From Phycisphaerae bacterium (lineage in GTDB: Bacteria; Planctomycetota; Phycisphaerae; Sedimentisphaerales; Sedimentisphaeraceae), in NCBI GenBank assembly GCA_027078365.1, contig JALWYQ010000034.1:477-64476 (forward strand): a stretch of 64,000 nucleotides of DNA, written 5' to 3'. A program made the translations under genes and the position numbers. Of this stretch, positions 8,601-18,926 are shown in pieces (position 1 is the stretch's first letter; every line of letters starts with the position of its first letter). The notes under the pieces are model-generated. The model was not told the origin of the DNA and did not search any database. It worked only from the letters and a program-made list of their open reading frames with translations.

Positions 8601-11600
8601 CTATTTACTACCTGCGCCGCTATAGCGATTCTCAAGACCGCTAGTAACGCCTTCCAATACGATGCTAGGAGAGTCCTCTATGAGACCTGCCGCTATAGAT
8701 TTAAAGAAGGTCTTTGCCCTTATATGTTTTATCAAGCCTCTGCTTGCCTTTGTTAAGACTGCCTTTCTAACTGCCATCCAACTACCCCTGCCAATACTAA
8801 TACGCGGCAGCTTTAATGCAGGAATTCTAATTGCTCCCAATAGAAATCCTTTAGCTGTATCACCAAGAATCCCTTTAACGTTAAAGTCTTCCCGTTTTCC
8901 AAGCCCCCAATCACGAGTATTTCTAAGTAATGCGCGAGTTCCACCGCCAACAGCACCGGCAACCATAGGACCTGCATAAAGGAGGGTTTCTCCAGATGCC
9001 GCTCCACTAATCGCCGCTATCGCATAATCACTCCAATCACTTGGCTTATCGTCTAACAGATCTTCAATGCCCTGCGATATTAAGCCTCCAATTGCTCCAA
9101 CCGAAGCGAAGATTGCATCGTCAATCCCAAACCACTCTCCTAACGGATCGTTAAAGTTGGTTGGGCTATTTCCACAATACACATACCAGTTCATTCCATC
9201 GGCATAGCCGATTGGATCTGTCTGCATAAATCGCCCAATCTTAGGATTGTAGATTCTTGCACGATAATTGTAGAGCTTAGTGCTGCTATCGTATCTTCTC
9301 GCTGTAAACATATATGGATTGCCAACAGCGGAAGCATCAATAAGCTCGCCCCAAGCATTGTAAATACTCGTATTGCCAAATGCGTCATACGAATACTTCT
9401 CCACAATCTGCGCAGACGAATCGGTTAGAGCTACAACACTACCAAGTGCATCGTAATGATAATAATATTTCTTTTCTAAAGAACCGTCATACTCAATCAT
9501 TACTATCGGTTCATCCACCGCTGGACCATAGATAAATTTACGTAAAATACGGTACGAACCATCATTTTCTTTAACATATTCTGCGATAATATCGTTGCCA
9601 TTATAGACAAAGTAAATCCGCTGATTTCCCTTAGTCTGCGCAACTAACCTAGAGAGATAATCATACTGATACGAAACGATTAAATCTTGATTGTGCCAGA
9701 TTTCTTTTAGTCTGTTCTGGCTATCATAAATGTATCTATAATAGCCATCATCAGTAAGATTCCCTTTAATATCGTAAGTTAATGCAACATTGGCGATTGA
9801 ATCGTATTGATTAAGGCAGTTATCACTTACATAATTGATTGCGACTGATCCATCATCAACGGTTACTCGATTACCAAGAACATCGTATGTGTAACTAGTT
9901 TGAGAGGCATCAGAATTATGCTCTAACAAGAGTCTATAGTTGCTATCATATTCATAGCTAAAAGATTCCAGACCGTTGATAGTTTTGCTCAACCTTAAGC
10001 CAACATTGTCATATGTGTAATCAAATGACATCGCAAATCCGCTATCAAGCAAAGATTCGTTACTGATATTTATTAAACGATTTGCAAGATCAAAATTATA
10101 CGTTGCAACCGACGAATCAGCCAAGACAACCTGTTTGCGCCGTGAGAGTTCGTCGTAAGAGTATTTGGCAATTTCCTCTCCGTTATCGTCTTTGATTGAA
10201 ATAATTCTGGACATTGCATCGTAGCCAAATTCAACATACGATGCGTCTGGATAGATTAGCTTACTAATCCTATTTAGCTTATCATACTCATAGGAGACTT
10301 CAAAACTCACAGGGTCTATACTCCTCGTGCATCTGCCTAGTTTGTCATAGTCAAAGTGAGCAATAATTACCCCATCTTCTCTGACATTTACAAGCCTACC
10401 AGCTATATCATATTCGTATTGGTAGGAAAAATCTGGAGATGTCTTCGAGATAAGCCTATCTCTGGAATCGTAACTAAATGTAATAATATCTCCAGCTCTA
10501 TTTCTATAACGCAATGGATTTGAGTTTTTATCATACTCGAGAATCTCTTCCTTGCTCTGGTCTGGGTATATAGTCTCAATCAAACGGCCAAAGCCATCAT
10601 ACCTATAGTTAGTACGATTCCCCTTGGCATCCTCAATGGCAATTAATTGCGCATCCGCATCGTAAAATCTATGAGTCTCTGCTCCTTGTGCATCTATGGT
10701 AGTCTCTAGTAAGGAAGGCCGAGTATATGAGAATGTTGTCACATTTCCATTTGCATCTATCTGCTTCTCTAGAGTTTCGTTTTCGTTGTAAAGTGTTTCA
10801 CGCTCATTCCCTAAAGAATCTCTTATCTTAATGATATTATCCAGCATATCGTAGTAATATTGAGTAACTTGATTCTCTGTATCATCAAAATCACCAAGCT
10901 GAGCTTGAGTGCAGCAGAGCTTTTGATTTTTGTTGTAATCAAATTTCGTGATATACCCCAGAGCAGTCTTGATTTGCAACAGTTCTCCAAGGGCATCGTA
11001 TTGATACTCAACGGCATCTCCCATACAATTCTCTACACGGCGAACGTTACCGTAGACGTCGTATTCAAACGATGTCTCAATGTTATTGCAATTATTGTCT
11101 TGGCCATAATCGAATATAACTTTATGCAGCCTGCCAAAATTTTCAGGCTCACTCTCGTCTTGATAATACAGGTATTTTGTAACAACGCCATCGCTTGATG
11201 TGATCGTTTCAATCTGCCCATACTCGTTGTAACTAAACTTAACAGTCGCCGAAACCATTTCGCCATCAACCAAAGTCTCTGGATAGGTGATTTGAGTGAG
11301 ATTGCCATTGTCGTCATAGTTGTAATAAATCGTAGAGCCATTAGGCTTTGTTACAGAAGCGATTCGATTGAAATGCTCTGGGCAATACGAATAAAACGTT
11401 GCGCAGACATTTGGATTATCTGCTTCGTTAGGGTCACTAACTTTAGTCTTAACAAACACAGCTCTAAGGCGTCCTTGGCTATCGTATTGATAGTCTTTGC
11501 ATCTTCCTGACGGAGAGACCTCTCTACTGAGCAAGAGATTTTCCGTGTAGAAATAACTCGTCTTGAATGAGTTTGGATCTTGGGATAAATCTTTAGCAAA

Positions 11601-13088
11601 GACAGTCTTACTCTGTAATTGACCAGAGTCACTGTATTCATATAACGTCTTAAAGCCTTGCCTATCTATGTAGGTAACAATATTAGAATCATTGCCCGAA
11701 TAGTCAAATCTATGGATTCCATCACCTTCTCGCTGTGATTGGATGCGGCTATTTCTGTATCTATTTTCTAGATAAACGTCTCCATTTGGGTCTGTTATTG
11801 AGACAATTCGATGGTCGTAATCATATGAATATTTAGTCTGCAAACCAGACGGATATTTTGCTGTGGCTGGCGTCGTTGTGCTTATTAAATCGTTTGTATC
11901 TGGATCGTACGAATAAGACCACACTCTATTTGTTGATTCGTCCGTCACAGATTCCAGCAGTCCATCATCATTGTAAGAAAGCGTTATTTCCCTTTGCAGA
12001 TCATCAATTATCTTAACGAGCTGATACTCAAACGCAACTACACAACGCCTGTCAGTTAATTGTCCATCAGAAGATGCTTGCAAATATTTAGATCTGCCAA
12101 TAATTTCACATTTCTTATCGTTACCATTTTCATCTTTGCGATAAACAAATCGTAGAGAATTATTATTTGCATCTTTTATTGACGATAAATTACCGTTTGA
12201 GTCGAAGGAATATCGATAACCATCTTTCTTGACAAGTTCATACACGCCATTATCGTTTATCTCTATATAATTGCTCAAGTCTTGGATTCTTGTGAAGACA
12301 TTTAGCTCTTGATTATCTCTGTGATATCTATATCTTGAACCTTGCCCATCTAAAAGAATCAATGTATTGGGATCGCTGAGCTTGCGCAGCTTAATGTTGT
12401 ACGACATGTCCCAGCCGTAACCAAATTGAGAATTGTACTCTCTGCGACTTGCGTAGGTTCTCTTGAAGATAACTGGCATCACTCTGCCCTGTATCTCAAA
12501 ATCTGTTACAGTTCTGCCGTACTCGCCATTTTTCATGTAAACAGGGTCTGCTGCAATTGCTGGCATAATCTTGTTTTGTGTCGCCGCTGGCTCTGGTGCC
12601 GAATCTATCAGTGAAACAAGTGAATCCTTGTACTCTTTGAACAAATCGTCAAATTCAGCCTTATCTGCCCCATCTGGAAAATACTCTTTTAGAAAACTCT
12701 CAATGTTGCCACTTGCGCTATCTTGAATAAGGTCTAAGACAAGCTCTCTCTCCATTGGGTTTGCAAAAGTCTTGCCAAGAATTCTGTTATAAAAAGATTC
12801 TGGATCGCTACTTGAATAATGACAACTTTCAAATGCAAAACACTTCATATCCGTGTAATACGCAGGACTCTTCCATCCAGAATTCGGCACATATTTATAC
12901 ATTATATAATCGTTTTCGTAACCGCCATTATCTCCATAGTCTCCTGAATAACAGATTATATAAATCCAAGTGTTGCTTGAGACCTCAACAACTACCTCAC
13001 CATTTTTGAGCCTATCAAAACAAGTTATTCCAGAATAGGCATTAACTGCAAATAACAGCAAAAATACTACAAAGATATTTCTTTTCAT
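8601..13088 (-). CDS. RHS/YD-repeat protein with a Sec signal peptide and a C-terminal polymorphic toxin domain
   Basis: Dozens of YD-type repeats (YxYDxxGNL/R: YSYDAFGN, YTYDVLGNR, YEYDKLNR ...). The RHS core ends at RFMQTDPIGYADGMNWYVYCGNSPTNFNDPLGEW (DPxG...DPxG motif), followed by a 176-aa unrelated tail. Signal peptide MKRNIFVVFLLLFAVNAYSG. The ATG at 13088 has GGAG 7 nt upstream. An alternative ATG is at 13103. Confidence 0.92.
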   Translation of the reverse strand: MKRNIFVVFLLLFAVNAYSGITCFDRLKNGEVVVEVSSNTWIYIICYSGDYGDNGGYENDYIMYKYVPNSGWKSPAYYTDMKCFAFESCHYSSSDPESFYNRILGKTFANPMERELVLDLIQDSASGNIESFLKEYFPDGADKAEFDDLFKEYKDSLVSLIDSAPEPAATQNKIMPAIAADPVYMKNGEYGRTVTDFEIQGRVMPVIFKRTYASRREYNSQFGYGWDMSYNIKLRKLSDPNTLILLDGQGSRYRYHRDNQELNVFTRIQDLSNYIEINDNGVYELVKKDGYRYSFDSNGNLSSIKDANNNSLRFVYRKDENGNDKKCEIIGRSKYLQASSDGQLTDRRCVVAFEYQLVKIIDDLQREITLSYNDDGLLESVTDESTNRVWSYSYDPDTNDLISTTTPATAKYPSGLQTKYSYDYDHRIVSITDPNGDVYLENRYRNSRIQSQREGDGIHRFDYSGNDSNIVTYIDRQGFKTLYEYSDSGQLQSKTVFAKDLSQDPNSFKTSYFYTENLLLSREVSPSGRCKDYQYDSQGRLRAVFVKTKVSDPNEADNPNVCATFYSYCPEHFNRIASVTKPNGSTIYYNYDDNGNLTQITYPETLVDGEMVSATVKFSYNEYGQIETITSSDGVVTKYLYYQDESEPENFGRLHKVIFDYGQDNNCNNIETSFEYDVYGNVRRVENCMGDAVEYQYDALGELLQIKTALGYITKFDYNKNQKLCCTQAQLGDFDDTENQVTQYYYDMLDNIIKIRDSLGNERETLYNENETLEKQIDANGNVTTFSYTRPSLLETTIDAQGAETHRFYDADAQLIAIEDAKGNRTNYRYDGFGRLIETIYPDQSKEEILEYDKNSNPLRYRNRAGDIITFSYDSRDRLISKTSPDFSYQYEYDIAGRLVNVREDGVIIAHFDYDKLGRCTRSIDPVSFEVSYEYDKLNRISKLIYPDASYVEFGYDAMSRIISIKDDNGEEIAKYSYDELSRRKQVVLADSSVATYNFDLANRLINISNESLLDSGFAMSFDYTYDNVGLRLSKTINGLESFSYEYDSNYRLLLEHNSDASQTSYTYDVLGNRVTVDDGSVAINYVSDNCLNQYDSIANVALTYDIKGNLTDDGYYRYIYDSQNRLKEIWHNQDLIVSYQYDYLSRLVAQTKGNQRIYFVYNGNDIIAEYVKENDGSYRILRKFIYGPAVDEPIVMIEYDGSLEKKYYYHYDALGSVVALTDSSAQIVEKYSYDAFGNTSIYNAWGELIDASAVGNPYMFTARRYDSSTKLYNYRARIYNPKIGRFMQTDPIGYADGMNWYVYCGNSPTNFNDPLGEWFGIDDAIFASVGAIGGLISQGIEDLLDDKPSDWSDYAIAAISGAASGETLLYAGPMVAGAVGGGTRALLRNTRDWGLGKREDFNVKGILGDTAKGFLLGAIRIPALKLPRISIGRGSWMAVRKAVLTKASRGLIKHIRAKTFFKSIAAGLIEDSPSIVLEGVTSGLENRYSGAGSK

Positions 13089-13114
13089 AATAATCTCCGC
13101 CATAGTTAAAGGTC

Positions 13115-15226
13115 TTAGTTATAAACACCAATTTGAGTAGTCAAAGACTCTCTCATCCCTACAAATCTAACACGCACATCGTAGAGCCCTTGCAAGGTAG
13201 GTAAGCAATCATTGAAATCACGACCATACCAGATGCAACTGTTGGAGCCAACACTTGCCTGAGTAGTTGTCGATAAAACGATTTTGCCTGATGGGTCTAT
13301 AAATTCAATCACGACCTGTGCGTCTGTGCTACTTCTGTAGAAAACTCGCGAGCATTCGCCAAAACTCGTTATAATTCGATATGGATTACAGATTGCATCT
13401 GTAATCGTATTCTCATAATCCAAATGACAATCAATTGATGCCTGCATTTGAGATGACTTGAGTGTAAACGTTATCCTATAATCACCGCGCAAAGCTATGA
13501 GACCAGATGAATCTCTACCATCCCAAGAATATGTATTCTTGCCCGATGAGACAGTAATATTTTCATTTAAGATAAGATCTCCTGTGTCTAAGGACTCAAT
13601 CTTCACTGTTGCGTCAGAATTTAAATTCGACCAATACTCAACTATTACACTTTGATTTTCAGTAGAATTGAAACAGGAATTGACAGCAGAAATATTGAGA
13701 ATTCTAGCATCAACATCTGTGAATTCGCAAGGATTATAACCATATAGATATTCGCTTAGATTATCAAAGTCATCACCATCTAGAGGATTGTTCGAACCGC
13801 AACCATCGGACGCAGAATACTCGAGACTAGAAAAATACTTTAACTCCCATGCATCCAAGAGAGAGTCGTTGTCGGTATCTGTGGACTCTGTCGCTTGAGC
13901 AGTATTTGCGTAATATCCAATATTAGCCCTACCTCCGTTTGGGGATGGTTCATTCGAGAAATCCGACCACGGGCTTGCCGCATCAATACATAGAGAATCG
14001 CTGCGCAAATGATAATCTGAATTTATATCCACAAAGTTTGGCGCATCACTAAATACTGCAACGCCTGTGTTGTAAACGTACGTCCTAGAACCCTTTACGA
14101 GAGTAGACTCAAGACATGAATAGAGAATATCTCCGTGATAATTGTAGAGGTCTCCATAAGTACTACGACTACCGTTGTTCCATATAATACAATTTTCGAT
14201 AGTATCAATATTGCCATCAATGCCGTAGTGTTTGTTGTTTACTACGGTAGAATTGCGCAAATAAGTTTTTTGGCCATCTTGGGCATCTAAAGCAATAATT
14301 CCTCGATAAGAGCTTAAGTATGTGCTTCTGCAACCATTACCGCTGATCAAACAGTTCTGAGCATGTATAATTCCTCTAACACCAACCCCTTGATTACGCT
14401 GAATCCTAGAGTTTTTGATAAATAGATTCACACCACTGTTGATACCATACCAGCTATTATCACTTACATCGCAATTCTCTAACCAAATAGAGCCACCATC
14501 AAGCATGTAAATACCATTGTGGTTATTTCTTAATTGAGAATTACTTAAGCTAAGTTCAAGTTTATTTGAATAGGACCCTGCCGATATACCAGTGGTGTTA
14601 CCTTCTAGCCTCGAATTGCTTATGTTAGTTTTGCTTTTCTGGACAAGAAAAACCGCTTTGCTTGAACCTAAAAGGCTAAGCCCTTGTATATCTAAATCGC
14701 ACTTATTAATTTCAATTATATTGCCATTTGGAGAACGCAATATTGTATTTGCAACACAGTCAGAATCTAACGGATTAACGCTTCTTACTGTTAACTTTCT
14801 ATAATCACTCGGAGTGATAGACGCCCCTTGATAATCGCCTCTAGTGAGAACTATTGTGTCTAAATTCTGGCTATGGTCAAAAGTCTCTTGAAGCGTATGA
14901 TACCATACACTCATGTCTCTAGTGATATAGATACGATTTTCTTTGTCTTGCCATTTCCAATTCTGGGAAAGGATTGACAAATCAACATAATCTATTCTTT
15001 TATCATTGTTGAAATCGCAAGCCTGATCGTAATTGCTATCTCCAACCTTACTTGGCATCGCCTGTGTGAAAATAACCAAGTCATCTAAGTTTACACACAA
15101 GTCTCCCGTTAAATCCCCTGCGACACCGCTATCTGCACCAAATGAAACTAATGGCAAGATTGCGATGGTTGAGACTAAAAAGACAACCAACATTCTTAAA
15201 TTTCTAAAGCAAAAAACTCTTTTCAT
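13115..15226 (-). CDS. Secreted multidomain protein: dockerin-like Ca-binding repeats, right-handed beta-helix (PbH1) repeats, two FlgD-Ig-like C-terminal domains
   Basis: Signal peptide. GDLTGDLCVNLDDLVIF...DFNNDKRIDYVDLSIL (dockerin/EF-hand-like). Repeats of the type NSRLEGNTTGI, NCDVSDNSWYGI, NSRIQRNQGVGV, NCLISGNG. YHLRSDSLCIDAA...PNGGRANIGYYA end motif. TDTDNDSLLDAWE. Then YSWDGRDSSGL..GDYRITF and CIWYGRDFN..GLYDVRVRF. Stop lies 11-26 nt before the RHS start. Confidence 0.85.
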   Translation of the reverse strand: MKRVFCFRNLRMLVVFLVSTIAILPLVSFGADSGVAGDLTGDLCVNLDDLVIFTQAMPSKVGDSNYDQACDFNNDKRIDYVDLSILSQNWKWQDKENRIYITRDMSVWYHTLQETFDHSQNLDTIVLTRGDYQGASITPSDYRKLTVRSVNPLDSDCVANTILRSPNGNIIEINKCDLDIQGLSLLGSSKAVFLVQKSKTNISNSRLEGNTTGISAGSYSNKLELSLSNSQLRNNHNGIYMLDGGSIWLENCDVSDNSWYGINSGVNLFIKNSRIQRNQGVGVRGIIHAQNCLISGNGCRSTYLSSYRGIIALDAQDGQKTYLRNSTVVNNKHYGIDGNIDTIENCIIWNNGSRSTYGDLYNYHGDILYSCLESTLVKGSRTYVYNTGVAVFSDAPNFVDINSDYHLRSDSLCIDAASPWSDFSNEPSPNGGRANIGYYANTAQATESTDTDNDSLLDAWELKYFSSLEYSASDGCGSNNPLDGDDFDNLSEYLYGYNPCEFTDVDARILNISAVNSCFNSTENQSVIVEYWSNLNSDATVKIESLDTGDLILNENITVSSGKNTYSWDGRDSSGLIALRGDYRITFTLKSSQMQASIDCHLDYENTITDAICNPYRIITSFGECSRVFYRSSTDAQVVIEFIDPSGKIVLSTTTQASVGSNSCIWYGRDFNDCLPTLQGLYDVRVRFVGMRESLTTQIGVYN

Positions 15227-15528
15227 GGTAATTCCTCAAACAAGACATAATAAAATACGTAATCTTGAGTGAAGAATATTACAGTATTTACCTGAGCAAA
15301 TCAACCACTTTTTATTCGGATTTTACCTGTCGTTTAAAGAAAACTATTGCTTATTAAGCTGAGGAGGTGGATCTGATAAGAAAAGAAATCGGATTTGGAG
15401 GCTTTAAAAGCTGCTATTAGCCCTGTCAGGGCTTAAATGAGAGGTCTATGAGATATTAAACGTTGAGAATGTTTGCAAGGGAACTGCTAGAGCCAAGTTA
15501 AAAGCTAATTACAGCAAAAGCGACTAAC

Positions 15529-16158
15529 TTACTTTAAAGCTAGAGCCTTAATAACAACAAACGCCCCATCACCAAAACCATCTTTGACCTGATTTTGTGA
15601 TTCTGGAATTAAAGTTTGCTTGAAGCTTAGTTCGCCAAAACCAGCAGAATCAAGCTCGCTAGATAGCTGCGCAGTTGAATAGAATGTTGCATCTTTATAG
15701 AAGTGACTCTTCTCTCGATTCTTGATGTAGCTCTTTGCTAAGCTACTGTCGGCGTCGACAAAACCAACAATTATGTATCCACCAGATTTCAAAACTCTAA
15801 ATGCTTCTTTAAACGATTTTTCAACGTCATCAACAAAGCAGATAGTAGTAACAAACAAGACAAAATCAAACGTACAATCGTCAAATGGAAGTGCTTCAGC
15901 AACGCCGTCAACAACATCAATACCAAGTGCTCTGGCCTTCTTTGCCATTTCATTAGACGGCTCAACCCCGACGGTAATTCCAAGTGGTTTGGCAAACTTT
16001 CCTGAGCCAACACCAACCTCTAGCCCAAACAATCTTTGAGTCCCAATCATCTGACGCAGGGCATCTAGTTCACTTTTGTACGCCTCTTGGTGTCTCTCAA
16101 ACCAAAGGTCGTATCTGTCGCTATTATTTTCAAACGCCTCTATCTTTGCCATAGTCAC
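15529..16158 (-). CDS. Class I SAM-dependent methyltransferase
   Basis: Motif I LEVGVGSGKF, then FDFVLFVTTICFV and LKSGGYIIVGF (Methyltransf_11-like). Confidence 0.85.
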   Translation of the reverse strand: MTMAKIEAFENNSDRYDLWFERHQEAYKSELDALRQMIGTQRLFGLEVGVGSGKFAKPLGITVGVEPSNEMAKKARALGIDVVDGVAEALPFDDCTFDFVLFVTTICFVDDVEKSFKEAFRVLKSGGYIIVGFVDADSSLAKSYIKNREKSHFYKDATFYSTAQLSSELDSAGFGELSFKQTLIPESQNQVKDGFGDGAFVVIKALALK

Positions 16159-16249
16159 GCTAGTTTCAGTGGCTAGTGGTTAGTGGTCCAAACCCCATCG
16201 CCACCTTCATTATCTCCACGCTCTGCATGGTGATTTTTTAAAGGTACTA

Positions 16250-16615
16250 TTAGAAAGTTAAAACTTTATCGCTCTCAATCACCCACTGCGCCAACTCTGG
16301 CATTGTAGATTTTTGAGCACCTTCAAAATAAGGATGATTTCTATGCAAACCACAACGCGCCATACATGTACCACAGACCTTAACATCAACACCTTTATCA
16401 ATAAGCTCTTTTAGCATTTGTGATAAATCTTGATCATAATCTCGGGGCGGCTTGCAAACACTACGTGCCATATCAACAGAATCATTCATCAAAAAGATTC
16501 TTACATTCGCACCAGACTCTAACAGCATGTTAGCCAAACGCAACCCATTCCAAGTTACATCAGTATTGTCATACGGTTGACGGTTAAAGATAATTAGAAT
16601 GTCCATAAACTTCAT
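16250..16615 (-). CDS. DsrE/DsrF-like family protein
   Basis: 121 aa. ILIIFNRQPYDNT...VRIFLMNDSVDMA...VKVCGTCMARCGL pattern typical of small DsrE-fold proteins. Confidence 0.7.
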   Translation of the reverse strand: MKFMDILIIFNRQPYDNTDVTWNGLRLANMLLESGANVRIFLMNDSVDMARSVCKPPRDYDQDLSQMLKELIDKGVDVKVCGTCMARCGLHRNHPYFEGAQKSTMPELAQWVIESDKVLTF

Positions 16616-16650
16616 TTACCGATTAATATTGACTCTTGTTAAGATACCCA

Positions 16651-17298
16651 CTACTCAAGAGGCTTATGGCAGAACCACCAGTCGAAACACTCGTAATCCT
16701 CTTTGCGTTTTTTTGCATCGTCAACATTTGTTGCCGGTGGAACGATTATTCTATCACCAATCAATTCGTTATTTGGCCAGCCCGCCGCTAATGCACCCTG
16801 CTCATCAGAGATTTGCAGCGCTTTAACCGCACGAACAACCTCATCTATGTTACGGCCAATCTCCTGCGGATAATACATTATCAAACGCACTTTACCTTCT
16901 GGATCAACGATAAAGACTGCACGAACGGTATTGGTACCCTTGCCGCGATGAAGCATTCCAAGCTTCATCGCGACAGAATCGTTCGCCGCAACAATCGGGA
17001 ATTTTATCTCAATATCCAGCTCTGACTTTATCCACTCAACCCATTTGATATGTGAGAAAACTTGATCAATAGACATACCAATAAGTTTGCAACCAAGCTT
17101 TTCAAACTCGTCGTAGCGTTTTTGAAAAGCTACAAACTCTGTTGTACAAACTGGTGTAAAATCAGCAGGATGGCTAAACAACACAAACCAACTCCCGCTG
17201 AGATCGCTAGGAATATTCATTGGTCCATGGGTCGTTTGAACACTTAAGTTTGGAAAATCATCTCCGAGAAGTGGCATGTTAATTTTAGCTTCTTCCAT
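16651..17298 (-). CDS. Peroxiredoxin, Prx6-subfamily type with a C-terminal CxDWWFC
   Basis: Peroxidatic site [15 protein letters not shown]-terminal [11 protein letters not shown] (C-x5-C). Confidence 0.92.
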   Translation of the reverse strand: MEEAKINMPLLGDDFPNLSVQTTHGPMNIPSDLSGSWFVLFSHPADFTPVCTTEFVAFQKRYDEFEKLGCKLIGMSIDQVFSHIKWVEWIKSELDIEIKFPIVAANDSVAMKLGMLHRGKGTNTVRAVFIVDPEGKVRLIMYYPQEIGRNIDEVVRAVKALQISDEQGALAAGWPNNELIGDRIIVPPATNVDDAKKRKEDYECFDWWFCHKPLE

Positions 17299-17438
17299 AT
17301 CTACTCCCTTTCAAAAAGTTGGCATTGAACAACAATCTCAATTGTACCCTAGAGCTATCGCAATGCAACTACAAAACCCCAAAGCAGACACTTCGGTTAA
17401 CCACCACTTAAATCAGTAAGGATTGGCTCAAACGAATA

Positions 17439-18140
17439 TTAGCCTCTTATCTCTTTGATTACATCAATTCCAAGATCATTCAAGTTTGCCACAACAATAT
17501 CAGCTTTACCAGAAAGTTCGTCTTTGCTGTAGCTATTGGTAACTGCTATTGTTGCCATATTGGCAGCCTTTGCAGATTCTAATCCCCAGTGAGAATCTTC
17601 AATCGCAACACAATCTTGACCGCAAAGATTCAAACCCAACTTCTCGTTAATCTGCTTGAGCGCCAAGAGATAGCAATCTGGAAACGGCTTGCCATTTTCA
17701 ACATCTTCAGCCGTTACAATAGTAGTAAATCTCTCAAGTAGGTTCTCCCCGAACTTTGGCACTGCCGCTTTAAATACGGTTTCAATATCCAATAATGCCG
17801 CCCCACTACAAATTGCCACCGGTATAGAATTATCTCTTAGAAGATTTAGGATATCAAGAACTCCAGAAAAAACGACACCCTCTTTCTCAGCCAATTCACT
17901 AAAAACGGTTTCTTTCTCCTTAACAAGGCTAGCTACCTGCTCTGCACTGAGAGACAAACCATTATTATCACTTACATGCTCATAGCATTCTTTATCTGTG
18001 TAGCCGAGATATTTATCCCAATATATCTGCTTTGTAAACTCCACATCAAATTTATCCAGAGTTATCTTAAACGCTTTAAAATGCAAAGTTTCCGTATCTG
18101 CGAGTATTCCATCAAAATCAAAAATTACGGCGCTAGCCAT
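17439..18140 (-). CDS. HAD-superfamily hydrolase (beta-phosphoglucomutase-like subfamily IA)
   Basis: Motif I VIFDFDGILADTE. Motif II CSGA. Motif III/IV KPFPDCYL...IEDSHWGLESAKAANM. Confidence 0.85.
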   Translation of the reverse strand: MASAVIFDFDGILADTETLHFKAFKITLDKFDVEFTKQIYWDKYLGYTDKECYEHVSDNNGLSLSAEQVASLVKEKETVFSELAEKEGVVFSGVLDILNLLRDNSIPVAICSGAALLDIETVFKAAVPKFGENLLERFTTIVTAEDVENGKPFPDCYLLALKQINEKLGLNLCGQDCVAIEDSHWGLESAKAANMATIAVTNSYSKDELSGKADIVVANLNDLGIDVIKEIRG

Positions 18141-18158
18141 GTTATTCTCCTGCTTTAT

Positions 18159-18698
18159 CTATGAACTCTTTTTATATGAATTAAACCAAGCCCTTTGTGT
18201 AAAATCCTTCTTAGGCGGTTGAGAAACTTCCTTAGCAGCAACGCCGATAGGTAAAATAATCCTAATCACCTTGCTGTCAGATAAACCGATTAAGTCACTA
18301 ATCTTCTTATTACGCTGAGGATCACGAATCCAACCATCAACCCAGACGGAAGCATAACCTAGGGCAGTAATTGCCAAAAGCATATTCTCTGTCGCAGCAG
18401 CACAATCTTCAATCTCAAATGCAAGACCTTCATAAACCGCTGGGGGCTCTTTGTTTACAATGCAAGCAATATACGCCTTCGCCTGCTGCATCGCTTGATT
18501 TGACGGATGCATTTGGGATATTTCTTTTATTGTATTTTTGTCGTCAATAATTACAAACTCAGTTGTCTGACAGTTCTTACCAGATGGGGCAAGCATACCA
18601 GCTTCAACTATTCTTACCAAATCCTCGCGGCTAACATCTTGGTCAGTATAGCCATATCTGTAACTATGACGTTTTCTAAAGGCTTCAAAAACTTCCAT
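18159..18698 (-). CDS. Nitroreductase-family protein
   Basis: AFRKRHSYRYGY...APSGKNCQTTEFVII signature. I prefer the first ATG, MEVFEAF at 18698. The longer track ORF to 18785 adds a non-conserved, cysteine-containing extension. Confidence 0.8.
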   Translation of the reverse strand: MEVFEAFRKRHSYRYGYTDQDVSREDLVRIVEAGMLAPSGKNCQTTEFVIIDDKNTIKEISQMHPSNQAMQQAKAYIACIVNKEPPAVYEGLAFEIEDCAAATENMLLAITALGYASVWVDGWIRDPQRNKKISDLIGLSDSKVIRIILPIGVAAKEVSQPPKKDFTQRAWFNSYKKSS

Positions 18699-18926
18699 AA
18701 AATCTCTCCAAAACTCTAACTGCAAAATACAAATGTTAGGGTACTTTATATTAATAGAGCTACAAGTCAAAGATAAAACTACCAATATAGCCTATCTTAG
18801 AAGCTAGAATGAAAGTTTTTTTAATATATCTACAAAAACTAGACGATTATGGTATCATATCCCCAATGTTCCAGACTTGGCATTGGCTAGCTAAATACAT
18901 ACTCATTAGAGTTTTAGGAGAAATCA

